Shown: positions 9,839 through 19,292 of the stretch, piece after piece
Layout of the letters: each line of letters opens with the position of its first letter
Position numbering within the stretch: the first letter of the stretch is position 1
Assembly (NCBI GenBank): GCA_024653325.1
Contig: JANLFX010000003.1
Location: 11,334-75,333, forward strand
DNA length: 64,000 nucleotides
Reading direction: 5' to 3'
Source of the DNA: Anaerolineae bacterium
GTDB lineage: Bacteria > Chloroflexota > Anaerolineae > JACIWR01
Program-made: the position numbers and the translations under genes
Notes under the pieces: generated by a model
The model's database searches: none
What the model saw: the letters and a program-made list of their open reading frames with translations, nothing else
Told to the model about the DNA's origin: nothing

Positions 9839-11008
9839 CTATTGTGGCTGTTCCTGCAGGTATCGCCGGGCAATCTCGGATAACACAGCCCCCCCCACAG
9901 GCAACGCTGTCTCGTCAATGTCGAAGTGAGGGCTGTGCAACCCAACCATCGGCCCGCCTGGGCTTCCTGTCCCCAGACGAAAGTAACAGCCCGGCACTCT
10001 CTCTAAAAAGAAGCTGAAATCCTCCGCTCCCATCTCCGGATCCGGCGTATGTACCTTGTCCGCGCCCAGCAGCTCACTGGCCACCTCTCGAACGAAGGCG
10101 GCCATGCGCGCATCGTTGACCGTGGGCGGGTAACCTTCCCCGATTTGCAGGACGAAATCGCCTCCCAATACCCGCGCAATCCCACAGGCCCGCTCCAACT
10201 CGGCATGGAGAAGGTCGCGCACCTCCGGGCGGAAGCTACGAATAGTTCCGTTCAGCTTCACTTCCTCCGGAATGATATTGCTCTTCGTTCCTCCGTGGAT
10301 CGAGCCTACGGTGATCACCCCGCTATCGAAGGGGCGCAGCCGCCGGGCGACGATGGTTTGGATAGCGATGATCACCTGGGCGCTGATCACAATGGGGTCC
10401 ACAGTCCGGTGAGGATACGCCCCGTGGCCTCCCTGTCCGCGTATCACCAGGTGAAAGGAGTCGGCGGCAGCGAATGCCGGGCCGGGGATCACTCCCACCG
10501 TACCGACCGGTATGTCGGGAAAGACGTGCAGGCCGAAAATAGCGTCTACACCTTCTAAGGCCCCGTCCTCAATCATGCGCATTGCACCGCTTTTGCCGTC
10601 CTGACCCATTCCCTCCTCGGAAGGCTGGAACAGAAATCGCACCTGGCCACGCGACGGTGGGGCATTGGCCAGCAAAGTAGCGGCCCCTAGCAGGATGGCC
10701 ACATGGGCATCGTGACCGCAGGCGTGCATCATCCCCGGCACTTGTGAGGCATAGGGTACATCGTTGAGTTCCTGGATGGGCAGGGCGTCCATATCGGCTC
10801 GCAGGGCAACGGTCGGTGGACCCTGGCCCAGATAGCCAACCACGCCCGTGCCGCCGATGCCCGTTTCCACGCGAATCCCCGCTTCTCTGAGGGCTTCGGC
10901 CACCAGCGCGGCAGTGTTTATCTCCTGGAAACCGGGTTCGGGATGCATGTGGATGGCGCGTCGCCAGGCGCTCAGGCGATCCTGGAGAGCGCGGGCTTGT
11001 TCTATCAT
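9839..11008 (-). CDS. M20D amidohydrolase
   Basis: LRADMDALP, MHACGHDAH, FQPSEEG, GGHGAYPH, GAEDFS. Confidence 0.93.
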   Translation of the reverse strand: MIEQARALQDRLSAWRRAIHMHPEPGFQEINTAALVAEALREAGIRVETGIGGTGVVGYLGQGPPTVALRADMDALPIQELNDVPYASQVPGMMHACGHDAHVAILLGAATLLANAPPSRGQVRFLFQPSEEGMGQDGKSGAMRMIEDGALEGVDAIFGLHVFPDIPVGTVGVIPGPAFAAADSFHLVIRGQGGHGAYPHRTVDPIVISAQVIIAIQTIVARRLRPFDSGVITVGSIHGGTKSNIIPEEVKLNGTIRSFRPEVRDLLHAELERACGIARVLGGDFVLQIGEGYPPTVNDARMAAFVREVASELLGADKVHTPDPEMGAEDFSFFLERVPGCYFRLGTGSPGGPMVGLHSPHFDIDETALPVGGAVLSEIARRYLQEQPQ

Positions 11009-11179
11009 CAGAATCTCCTTACCGAATTCGTGTTTAGGTCACAGCTCGGTTTGTCGAGCATGTCCGCAAGCAATCGGACAACGATTAAAGCCCATCAAGA
11101 TGGATAGCAGCGGTTTGTATTTTACCCCTTTTTTGACAAAGTAGCAATCGTGCGTTCACTTGATTATAGTAGCATTGCT

Positions 11180-11282
11180 GCCAAGGCTTCGCCGTGAGCG
11201 CTCAACCGAACGTTCGCAAAGAAAATAGCTTGGCGTGCCTTCGGCTGCGCTCAGGACAAGCCTTTGCGTCTTTGCGTGAGGC
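11180..11282. repeat. Cluster of intergenic repeat elements
   Basis: CTTCGGCTGCGCTCAGGACAAG and CTTTGCGTCTTTGCGTGAG; related to 48431-48498, 48575-48647 and 63852-63880. Confidence 0.6.
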
Positions 11283-11285
11283 AAC

Positions 11286-14200
11286 TTATTCCCGATAAAG
11301 TCCATTGAGCCCGGCGAGGAAATTTGCAGCCCGCTGGCAGATAAGAGAGGCCTGGATGGACTGGCACATGGCCTGACATTCCTCTCCCAGCCTGCGCGCA
11401 TCTTCCTTCTGACCCAGGGTCTGATGGAGACGCGCCAACTCCAATATCGCCTGGCCCAGTTCCAGGCGATTGTCCTGCTTTTCGAACATCTGACGGCTTT
11501 GAAGAAGGGAGGCCATGGCGGCGGTCAGGTGGCCTTGTTCCCGCTGCACCATTCCCCTCAGCCGCCAGGCTCTGGCTTCCCGCTCTTCACGGCCGCTTTC
11601 GCTTTGAAGAGCCATCTCCATGGCTCGTTGGGCCAGGGTTTCAGCTCCATCGAGGTCTCCACTGCCCAAGGCCGCCTCCCCCAGCAACTCGTAGACATCG
11701 GCCAGCAACTCGTTGTCTCCCAGCTCCTCATAGATGGTCAAAGCTTTCTGCAAGTGCTCCGCTGCCAGGGCCCATTCCTCAGCGTAAATAAAAGCCCGAC
11801 CCAGGTTCTTGTAGGCCTGCGCGGCGTTGAAACTATCGGCGGTAGTCAGCGCACCCTGTAGACTGCCTTCCAGAAACTGTCTGGCTTGCGGAATGTCGCC
11901 CAGATTGGTGTACACCACTCCCAGATTGCCGCTGGCGATGGTCACACCTTGCATATCACCGGTGCGCTGATGTGTTTCCAGGCTGCGCTGAAAATAATCC
12001 GCCGCTTCCACCCACCGGTTTTGCTCCAGAGCCAAGACACCCAGGTTTGCATACCCGCGAGCCATGCCCTGCAAGTCACCCATGGATTCGTAGAGCGCTA
12101 AGGCGGCGGATACCTCCTGAGCGGCTTTATCCAGGTCACCCCGCTGGTACCAGACCCCTCCCATACGGTTATGGATAGAAGCGACTTCTCCGTGATGGTC
12201 TGTGCCTTCCAGGATGCGCAAAGCCTTTCCTAACCACGTTTCCGCTTCATCCAGTTCGTTACGCCGAAAGTGCCACCAGCCGATGTCACTGTAAAGGCGG
12301 GCCACCTCCAGCGCGTATGAGGATAAGGGGAGCTTCACCTCGGCATCGGTCAGGGCAAGCTGGTACCATAACATAGCTCGCGCGTAATCCCCCTGGCGTT
12401 CATAACACTGCCCTATCTTACGTCTCATGGCCAGCGATTCCGTGGTCATATCCTCCGAGGGAGGACGTGGGCTGCCGTGGATGATGCCCAGACCGCGCCA
12501 ATATTCTGTTCTGGCTTCAGCATAACGGCCCACCAGCAGGTAGATGTCGCCCCGGCCCATGGCTATTTTCAGCGCGAAATCCGGCTGGATGTCCGGTGAC
12601 AGGTGGGGAAGCATGGTCAGCGCCTCGTGATAATACTGCAAGGCTTCATCGTTGGCGTAGCGGAGCGCCTCTCTGCTGGCCGCCTCGGTCAGATAAGGTA
12701 CGGCCTTGGCCGCCAGACCGCTACGGCCATAATGATAAGCCAGTTGCTCCAAATGCTCATCCAAGCGATCCGCGTATAACCTCTCCAGGGCTTGCCCGGC
12801 GCGCCAGTGGTACTCGCGTTGCGCCTCTTTCAAAAGCGAGTCATACACCGTCTCCTGGATGACGACGTGTTTAAAAGTGTAAATATCGGTTGATTCGGCG
12901 TGCGGGAAAATAAAGTCATAGACGTGGAGGTACCGGAGGTGCGCATCCAGTCCGGGGCGCTGTTCGGGCAGGACCAACTCGCTCAACAACGTTTTACTGA
13001 AGTTCTGGCCCAACACCGCTGCACAGGCCAGCACGTGGCGGGGGCCCGTGGGCAACCTGTCCACGCGCGCGATAATGAGCTCCTGTAGTGTCTGCGGTAC
13101 ACGCAAGGAATCCAGGTCTACTTTGCGGACGGCCACCCACCGGCTTTCTCCTGCTCTTTCTTCCTGGGCGATGTATCCCTCATTTACCAACATGCGAATA
13201 AACTCCTCGAGGAAAAAGGGGTTGCCCTCCGCCCGGTTCAGGATAGTGCGTCGTAAGGCGTTTGAGAAGGCCGGGATGGCCAGCAGGTCAGCCAGGAGAG
13301 CGTCCGTCTCCTCTGGGGAGAGAGGATTTAACTCAATCAGCAGGAATTTGCTTGCCAGACGGGTCGCCCCCAGGTCCTTTAATCGGGGCGCGGCCTGGCC
13401 GGATAAGGGCCGCGAGATTCCGCAGAAGATAAGGGGAGCCTGTTCCACCAGTGGGGCCAGAAATACCAACAGCTCCAGTGAGGCGCTGTCAACCCAGTGT
13501 AAGTCCTCCAGAATAACAATCGTAGCCTGTCGGTTTGCGATGTGGAGAAGTAAATCGCGCACGGCCACAAATACCTGGCGTTGCAACTGAGAAGGTTCCA
13601 GAATGTGCAAGGCCTTCTCCTCTTCCCCGGTTATCGGCAGGCCCAACAGGTATGCTAGCAGAGGGGCGATGGTCAGTGCGCGCTGGGGCAAATGCCCTTG
13701 CAACCAGGTATCCAGAGCTTCACGCCTGACCTTTGCCGTCTCAACCGGTAATTGCAGGCAATTGTTCAGGAGATGGGTGAATAAGCTGTACGCTGTGGCG
13801 GAGGTGTGGGCCTGGCAGGCACCTTCCAGGATGGTTATCGGTTTACCGGTCAGACTGGCCTTGAACTCGGCGATCAGGCGGGATTTGCCAATACCTGCTT
13901 CTCCTGTGACTAAAATCAACCGGCCCCGGCCATTGGTCATCAGGTCGGCGGCGGCTTCCTGCAGCGCGGCCAATTCCCGGTCCCGCCCGATCATGCGGGC
14001 CGACAATCCTTCCAACCCGCGCACTGAAACCGGCTGTTCTTTCGGCCCCAACGCCAGCCAGTTCTCCACTGGCTGGAAAATGCCCTTGAGTTTCAGTGGT
14101 GGTTGCGCCTGGAATTCGAACAGGCGGTAAGTGCGCTGATAAACTGACTTGCTGACCAATATCGTACCAGGGTCCGCTGCATTCTCTAACCGCGCTGCCA

Positions 14201-14873
14201 GGTTGACGGTGCTACCGATGACGGTGAAGTCCCGGCGGTCCTCAGAGCCGATACTGCCGGCGATGACCTGGCCGTGGTTGATGCCTATGCGTACCTTGAC
14301 CGTCACCCCCAGGCGGGCTTCCACTTCCCGGTTCAGCTCCAATAACGCTCGCTGCATGTTGAGAGCGGCCCGCACAGCCCGCTCAGGGTCGTTCTCGTGG
14401 GTCAGGGGGATACCAAAGGTGGCCATCAGGCCATCGCCTCTGAACTGATTGACGACTCCTTCAAAGCGATGGACTTCCTTGACCAGCACATCGAGGATGG
14501 CATTCAGCAGGCCATAAACTAATTCTGGGTCGAAGGCTTCCGACAGAGCAGTGTAATCACACAGGTCGGCGAAAAGCACGGTCACATCGCGGCGCTCGCC
14601 CCACAAGCCTTCCACACCCCGTGCCACTCGTTCGATGATCCCCATAGGCAAGTAGCGCTTCGCCGTTTCCAGGACCAGCGCTTCCTCAATAGCTTCTTGC
14701 TCAGGACGTAATTCGGGCAAAGGAGCAGCGCACCGCTGACAGACAGATCGTGTAGGCGGGTTGTACAGGCCGCAACGAGGGCATTGTTTTCCTAAGGGAG
14801 CACCGCACTTTCCACAGTAATTCATGCCCTGGGGGTTGTCTTCAAATCCACATCTATCACAAATCAGACCCAT
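11286..14873 (-). CDS. Double zinc ribbon + class III nucleotide cyclase + P-loop ATPase (STAND-like) + TPR protein
   Basis: Four CxxC pairs; FADL, GDGLM, RIGINHG, VNLAARLE; Walker A GEAGIGKS; Walker B ILEDLHW; GNPFF; TPR tail. Confidence 0.93.
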   Translation of the reverse strand: MGLICDRCGFEDNPQGMNYCGKCGAPLGKQCPRCGLYNPPTRSVCQRCAAPLPELRPEQEAIEEALVLETAKRYLPMGIIERVARGVEGLWGERRDVTVLFADLCDYTALSEAFDPELVYGLLNAILDVLVKEVHRFEGVVNQFRGDGLMATFGIPLTHENDPERAVRAALNMQRALLELNREVEARLGVTVKVRIGINHGQVIAGSIGSEDRRDFTVIGSTVNLAARLENAADPGTILVSKSVYQRTYRLFEFQAQPPLKLKGIFQPVENWLALGPKEQPVSVRGLEGLSARMIGRDRELAALQEAAADLMTNGRGRLILVTGEAGIGKSRLIAEFKASLTGKPITILEGACQAHTSATAYSLFTHLLNNCLQLPVETAKVRREALDTWLQGHLPQRALTIAPLLAYLLGLPITGEEEKALHILEPSQLQRQVFVAVRDLLLHIANRQATIVILEDLHWVDSASLELLVFLAPLVEQAPLIFCGISRPLSGQAAPRLKDLGATRLASKFLLIELNPLSPEETDALLADLLAIPAFSNALRRTILNRAEGNPFFLEEFIRMLVNEGYIAQEERAGESRWVAVRKVDLDSLRVPQTLQELIIARVDRLPTGPRHVLACAAVLGQNFSKTLLSELVLPEQRPGLDAHLRYLHVYDFIFPHAESTDIYTFKHVVIQETVYDSLLKEAQREYHWRAGQALERLYADRLDEHLEQLAYHYGRSGLAAKAVPYLTEAASREALRYANDEALQYYHEALTMLPHLSPDIQPDFALKIAMGRGDIYLLVGRYAEARTEYWRGLGIIHGSPRPPSEDMTTESLAMRRKIGQCYERQGDYARAMLWYQLALTDAEVKLPLSSYALEVARLYSDIGWWHFRRNELDEAETWLGKALRILEGTDHHGEVASIHNRMGGVWYQRGDLDKAAQEVSAALALYESMGDLQGMARGYANLGVLALEQNRWVEAADYFQRSLETHQRTGDMQGVTIASGNLGVVYTNLGDIPQARQFLEGSLQGALTTADSFNAAQAYKNLGRAFIYAEEWALAAEHLQKALTIYEELGDNELLADVYELLGEAALGSGDLDGAETLAQRAMEMALQSESGREEREARAWRLRGMVQREQGHLTAAMASLLQSRQMFEKQDNRLELGQAILELARLHQTLGQKEDARRLGEECQAMCQSIQASLICQRAANFLAGLNGLYRE

Positions 14874-15113
14874 TGGGACAGTTGCCTTTCAGGGTTGTGT
14901 AGAAAAACCCACTCTGCTTGGCCGAGATGGTTGTTCGATTACAAGCTGCAATTGGTTATTGGGCCCTTTGAGGGTTTGCCTGCGTTATGGTTCTTTTTGC
15001 TTGCCCGATTATAGCACGTGAGCCGACACAGGGCAAACCCGCTTTATTCGGCGGTACTTTCCTGACGACGATGAGTTCATCCTTAAGTGTTGGACATTGG
15101 GGGTTTTTTTGTC

Positions 15114-15171
15114 GTAGTGACGGCTTCAGCCGTCCAAGAGGAGAGCGAAAAGCGGCTGAAGCCGCTACTAC
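15114..15171. repeat. Inverted GTAG-REP doublet (REPIN-like)
   Basis: GTAGTGACGGCTTCAGCCG...CGGCTGAAGCCGCTACTAC; relatives at 41757-41812 and 63784-63830. Confidence 0.8.
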
Positions 15172-15259
15172 GAACCCCCACATTTCGCCAGACTCCAGCT
15201 TAAGTGGATTTTAAATGAAGCGGGCAGGCAGTAGGCTGAATCCCGCATGGTGGTTGAGG

Positions 15260-15328
15260 TTTACTCTTTTTTTACGTCTAATATGACAATAATTTACGTC
15301 TATATACGAAAAATTATGTTATTATAGT
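15260..15328 (+). promoter_or_regulatory. Candidate activator-dependent promoter of the S8 gene
   Basis: TTTACGTCTA direct repeat at 15271 and 15293; TATAGT -10-like element at 15323. Confidence 0.5.
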
Positions 15329-15378
15329 ATGGGTGCTTTATAGTTTTGAGAGGATGGATATGCACAGGAGGTGTGGTT

Positions 15379-17196
15379 ATGGGTAGAAAAGCGTTTGTGT
15401 CACTGGTTTTGGTTTTCCTTCTTGTTCTCACCAGCTCAATGCCTCTGGGCGCGCCAACGGCCGTGGCCTTGACGAGTGACCGGCTTGATCCTGCTGTGGT
15501 CGTAGCAGTGACCGCCGGCGAGAAGAGTCTCTCGGTCATAGTGCAAGGCAACGGTGACATTGAAGCCCTTAAGCAGGCTATCACTCGCCTGGGTGGTCGG
15601 GTAGAAACTGATTTTTGGATTATTGATAGCGTCCTCGCTACCCTTTCGCCAGATGCTCTTACGGAATTGGCAAAGGACCCGGCGGTGCGATACATCTCTC
15701 TCAACCACTCCACCAGGGTGAGTGAGGCACCATACCCGGTAACGCCCACCAGTGACAATTCGCCGCCAGACGAGGAAACCGTCCACGATGTAGACGTGAA
15801 GCAAGGTTTGCTCTCGGTGCGCTATCCTCATCCTCTGGACCTGGGCATTGACCAGGTGCACGCTCAGAATGTGTTGGGTCGGGGCGTCACCATTGCTTTT
15901 CTGGATACCGGTCTATCCACTCAAGGTACTTTGGAAAAGATGATCAAGGCCGGATTCGAAGATCGCTTTGTAGGTCAGGTGAACTTCTTACAGGGTAAAC
16001 CTAAGCTGAAAAAGGAGGGCAAGGACGCTAACGGCCACGGTACGCACGTCACCGGGTTGGTCTGGAATGCCTTCCGTGATCGGGATAGCGGCACGTTTAT
16101 GGGTAGTGCGCCCGGGGCCCGGATTCTCATGCTCCAGGTGTTAGACGAAAACGGCCAGGGTAAATACGAGGACGACATTGAGGCCATCCAATGGGCCGTC
16201 GAACACAAGAACGAGTACAATATCCGGGTAATGAACATCTCTTTGTATGCCGAAGTCGCTTCCCCTTATTGGGCCGACCCCCTGGATCGGGCGGTGGAGG
16301 CGGCCTGGCGAGCAGGCATCGTGGTCGTGGCCGCCGCCGGTAACGGTGGGCCGAATCCCATGACTGTAGCTGTGCCGGGTAATGATCCTTACGTCATCAC
16401 TGTGGGCGCGTTGGATGGCAAAGAGACGGCCGGCTATCTGGCCGACGACACACTGGCTGTGTATTCTGCGGCCGGCCCGACCTATGATCTGTTCGTCAAA
16501 CCGGACGTAGTGGCGCCCGGACATAAACTGGTATCCTTTCTGGCCCCCGATTCCAAATTCGCCAGGGAGCGCGCCGACCGGAAGCGCGGCGAACATTGGT
16601 TCGTGATGAACGGCACTTCCGTTGCCACACCGCTTGTCTCCGGCGTTGTTGCCCTTATGCTGGAGCGCAATCCCGGCCTGACACCCGATCAGGTCAAGTA
16701 CCGGCTGATAGCTTCGGCGGCCACTGCCCTGGACCCGGCTACCAATGAGCCGATTTACAGCGTGTGGCAACAAGGGGCAGGGCGTGTTTGGGCTCCCGGC
16801 GCGGTATTCGGCGATCTGCCGGGTACGGCCAATCAGGGTCTGAACATTGACAAGGACCTGGCTGGCGAGGAGCATTACCAAGGTTGGACTACGTGGGATG
16901 AAGCGACGCAGACCTTCAGGATTCAGGACAGCGGCTATGCCACCTGGTCTGGGGGTTACGCTACCTGGTCGGGAGGATATGCGACCTGGTCTGGGGGTTA
17001 CGCTACCTGGTCGGGAGGATACGCTACCTGGTCTGGCGGTTATGCTACCTGGTCGGGAGGGTATGCCACCTGGTCTGGCGGTTATGCTACTTGGTCGGGA
17101 GGCTACGCTACCTGGTCTGGCGGTTATGCGACCTGGTCAGGGGGCATGTTAGGCACGGACATGGCGATGAGCATTGGCCGGTGGGTCCCAGATTAG
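15379..17196 (+). CDS. Secreted S8 (subtilisin-like) serine protease with C-terminal GYATWSG repeats
   Basis: GGAGG RBS, signal peptide, propeptide, triad FLDTG / HGTHV / GTSVATP, oxyanion AAGN. Confidence 0.95.
   Translation: MGRKAFVSLVLVFLLVLTSSMPLGAPTAVALTSDRLDPAVVVAVTAGEKSLSVIVQGNGDIEALKQAITRLGGRVETDFWIIDSVLATLSPDALTELAKDPAVRYISLNHSTRVSEAPYPVTPTSDNSPPDEETVHDVDVKQGLLSVRYPHPLDLGIDQVHAQNVLGRGVTIAFLDTGLSTQGTLEKMIKAGFEDRFVGQVNFLQGKPKLKKEGKDANGHGTHVTGLVWNAFRDRDSGTFMGSAPGARILMLQVLDENGQGKYEDDIEAIQWAVEHKNEYNIRVMNISLYAEVASPYWADPLDRAVEAAWRAGIVVVAAAGNGGPNPMTVAVPGNDPYVITVGALDGKETAGYLADDTLAVYSAAGPTYDLFVKPDVVAPGHKLVSFLAPDSKFARERADRKRGEHWFVMNGTSVATPLVSGVVALMLERNPGLTPDQVKYRLIASAATALDPATNEPIYSVWQQGAGRVWAPGAVFGDLPGTANQGLNIDKDLAGEEHYQGWTTWDEATQTFRIQDSGYATWSGGYATWSGGYATWSGGYATWSGGYATWSGGYATWSGGYATWSGGYATWSGGYATWSGGYATWSGGMLGTDMAMSIGRWVPD
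16933..17142 (+). repeat. 10 x 21-bp coding tandem repeat (GYATWSG)
   Basis: Ten units GGN TAY GCN ACY TGG TCN GGN with only synonymous differences. Confidence 0.97.
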
Positions 17197-17217
17197 GCCC
17201 AATCCGCATTACGCATT

Positions 17218-17248
17218 AAAGGGAGACCACGAATAGTCTCCCTTTTTT
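17218..17248 (+). terminator. Intrinsic terminator between convergent genes
   Basis: AAAGGGAGAC-loop-GTCTCCC followed by T6. Confidence 0.8.
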
Positions 17249-17258
17249 GTTTTGCTCT

Positions 17259-19292
17259 TTATCGCACCTCGATAGGGGTAAGCACTACCATGTCCCCATG
17301 TGGCTGGCCGTGCTCGAACACGGGCAACCGGTTGCCGGTGAACAACTCATACATGCCCACTACCAGGCGATAAGTCCCCGGCGGGGTATCCGCTTTGATG
17401 AGGATGCCGTAATTATCGGTGATTTGCTCACCCGGTTTCCAGTTAATGGTCAGGTGCAGGCCGCCACCTGGTTCGCTATCGTGCTGGCCGACGATGTGGT
17501 CCTGGTTATCCAATACCTGTACGAAGACCTTATAGCGGGCCGGAGGGACCTCCAGGCTCTCCCAGAAGAGGGTGAGCTGTAGAATGTCGCCGGCCGAAAC
17601 GGTTTCGTTGAGCACAGAATAACCGCGTAGAGCGATAGCCTGGCCCAGACGCACGTTCAGCGGGCGCATGTCTGCTGCGGAAGCTGTCCGAGGCACGGCG
17701 TAGATGGCCAGCCGCACCCGCCCGTACCAGGTATCCGATGCTTTGTAGGTGTGAGCATCCAACCAGGTCTCAATGAAACGGGTGGGATCACTCTCATCGG
17801 TGGCCCAATAAAGCACGAACAAGCGGTCATGCTGAGCCAGAATTGCCTCCAGTTCAGCGGCCGTTTGCCTGGGGTCCAAGGGCCGTTGTCGGGCCAAGGG
17901 GTAGAGCGGCATTTCACCCTGATAATAGTAGTGCACCGTCTCCCATTGATTAGGCGCATTGAGCAGGATGGCATCTCCAGGCCGTTCCATCTCCGAGATC
18001 GTGCGCACGATGCCCCGGTAATCGTCGCGGGCATATCGGGGGTCGAAATAATAATTGCCCAGGGCAAGGAACGAGGTGACGCTGACAAAAGCTATCGTGG
18101 TTACCGCCCCTGTCAGCCGTAACCAACTGGGACGCAATGCCCACAAAGCCAGTATCCCGCGGGCGAGTACGATACAGAAAGCAGGGCTGGCTACCAGGAA
18201 GAATTTGGGACGATAGGTGGGGCGACCGGTCAACGAGAGGGCAATCGTCAGCAAGGCAGGGGTCAAGCTGTAGAAACCGGGGAGCAGGGTGCTGAACAGC
18301 AGGCTGGTGGGGCGAGGCTCTTGTTTTCTGGGCAACAATCCGAGGAGAAATAACACGGCAAATCCGGCCAGCAGCCAGTTCATGGCCCCGCCAGCTTCTA
18401 CCGTCTGCCCCAGGCTGAGTAAACGAATAGTCTCATCGGCTATGAACCCTGGACTATAGGCCGGACTCAAAGCGGGCCATCCGGTGGTCTGCCGATAAGC
18501 GACGGGCAACCAGGGGATGTACAGAACAATAACGGCCAGTTGCAATCCGACCCAACCCAGCGTGCGCTGCCACACATTCTCCTGTTTCCAGGTCTCCAGC
18601 AGCCAGAGCGCGAACACCGCGTTTTGCAACAGGATGATTACCGGGAAAGAGTAGTGCGTGTATAGTCCTCCAGCGGTGGTCAGCACCCAACCGATGGAAA
18701 GCAGTAAGCGATGCGACTGCTCGCTGCTGGCTTTTTCCAGTAACTGTACGAAGAAATATGCCGACAGCGCGCCCAGGAGAGCGGCCAGGATGTACATCCG
18801 CGCTTCCTGAGAATAATACACCTGAAAGGGGGAGATAGCGGCCAGGAACGCAGCTATCAGACCGATGCGCCGGTCACCCAGACGGCAACCTAACAGCCAG
18901 GTGATATACACCAGGGCTACACCCAGTACCACAGATAGGGCGCGCACGGCGAATTCGCCGTCGCCAAAAATGCGGATCCAGCCCCATAACAGGTAATAGT
19001 ACAGCGGTGGATGGATATCGTAGGCTGCGCCGCGCGTGACCAGATATAGACTGCGCTGGGCCAGACTGACACTGTTTCCCTCATCGGCCCAAAAGCTCTG
19101 GGCGGTGAGACGGTAGAGACGCAAAACAGAGGCCAGGAATAACAGTCCAAGAAGGGCTGTCTGGGTCAAAAGACCTCGTTGTATAACTGGGGGGGTACGT
19201 AGGTCAAGTTGCCAACTTGGCCCACTTATTTTTCTGACGCGCGGCGAGAACGGTCCATCTTCCAAAAGCCGTCTTCCTGGACGCATGTCCAT
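17259..19292 (-). CDS. GT-C (GT39/PMT-like) membrane glycosyltransferase; true start probably downstream of 19292
   Basis: SFWADEG, DIHPPLYY, YYSQEARMY, many TM helices, C-terminal soluble domain. Confidence 0.88.
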   Translation of the reverse strand: MDMRPGRRLLEDGPFSPRVRKISGPSWQLDLRTPPVIQRGLLTQTALLGLLFLASVLRLYRLTAQSFWADEGNSVSLAQRSLYLVTRGAAYDIHPPLYYYLLWGWIRIFGDGEFAVRALSVVLGVALVYITWLLGCRLGDRRIGLIAAFLAAISPFQVYYSQEARMYILAALLGALSAYFFVQLLEKASSEQSHRLLLSIGWVLTTAGGLYTHYSFPVIILLQNAVFALWLLETWKQENVWQRTLGWVGLQLAVIVLYIPWLPVAYRQTTGWPALSPAYSPGFIADETIRLLSLGQTVEAGGAMNWLLAGFAVLFLLGLLPRKQEPRPTSLLFSTLLPGFYSLTPALLTIALSLTGRPTYRPKFFLVASPAFCIVLARGILALWALRPSWLRLTGAVTTIAFVSVTSFLALGNYYFDPRYARDDYRGIVRTISEMERPGDAILLNAPNQWETVHYYYQGEMPLYPLARQRPLDPRQTAAELEAILAQHDRLFVLYWATDESDPTRFIETWLDAHTYKASDTWYGRVRLAIYAVPRTASAADMRPLNVRLGQAIALRGYSVLNETVSAGDILQLTLFWESLEVPPARYKVFVQVLDNQDHIVGQHDSEPGGGLHLTINWKPGEQITDNYGILIKADTPPGTYRLVVGMYELFTGNRLPVFEHGQPHGDMVVLTPIEVR

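Noticed and set aside
16933..17142. Possible CRISPR array
   Set aside because: Units are contiguous 21-mers without spacers, in frame within a CDS, and no cas genes are present.
19226..19292. 67-bp overlap of the lipoprotein and GT-C genes as a recoding signal
   Set aside because: More simply explained by an over-extended start call for the GT-C ORF.
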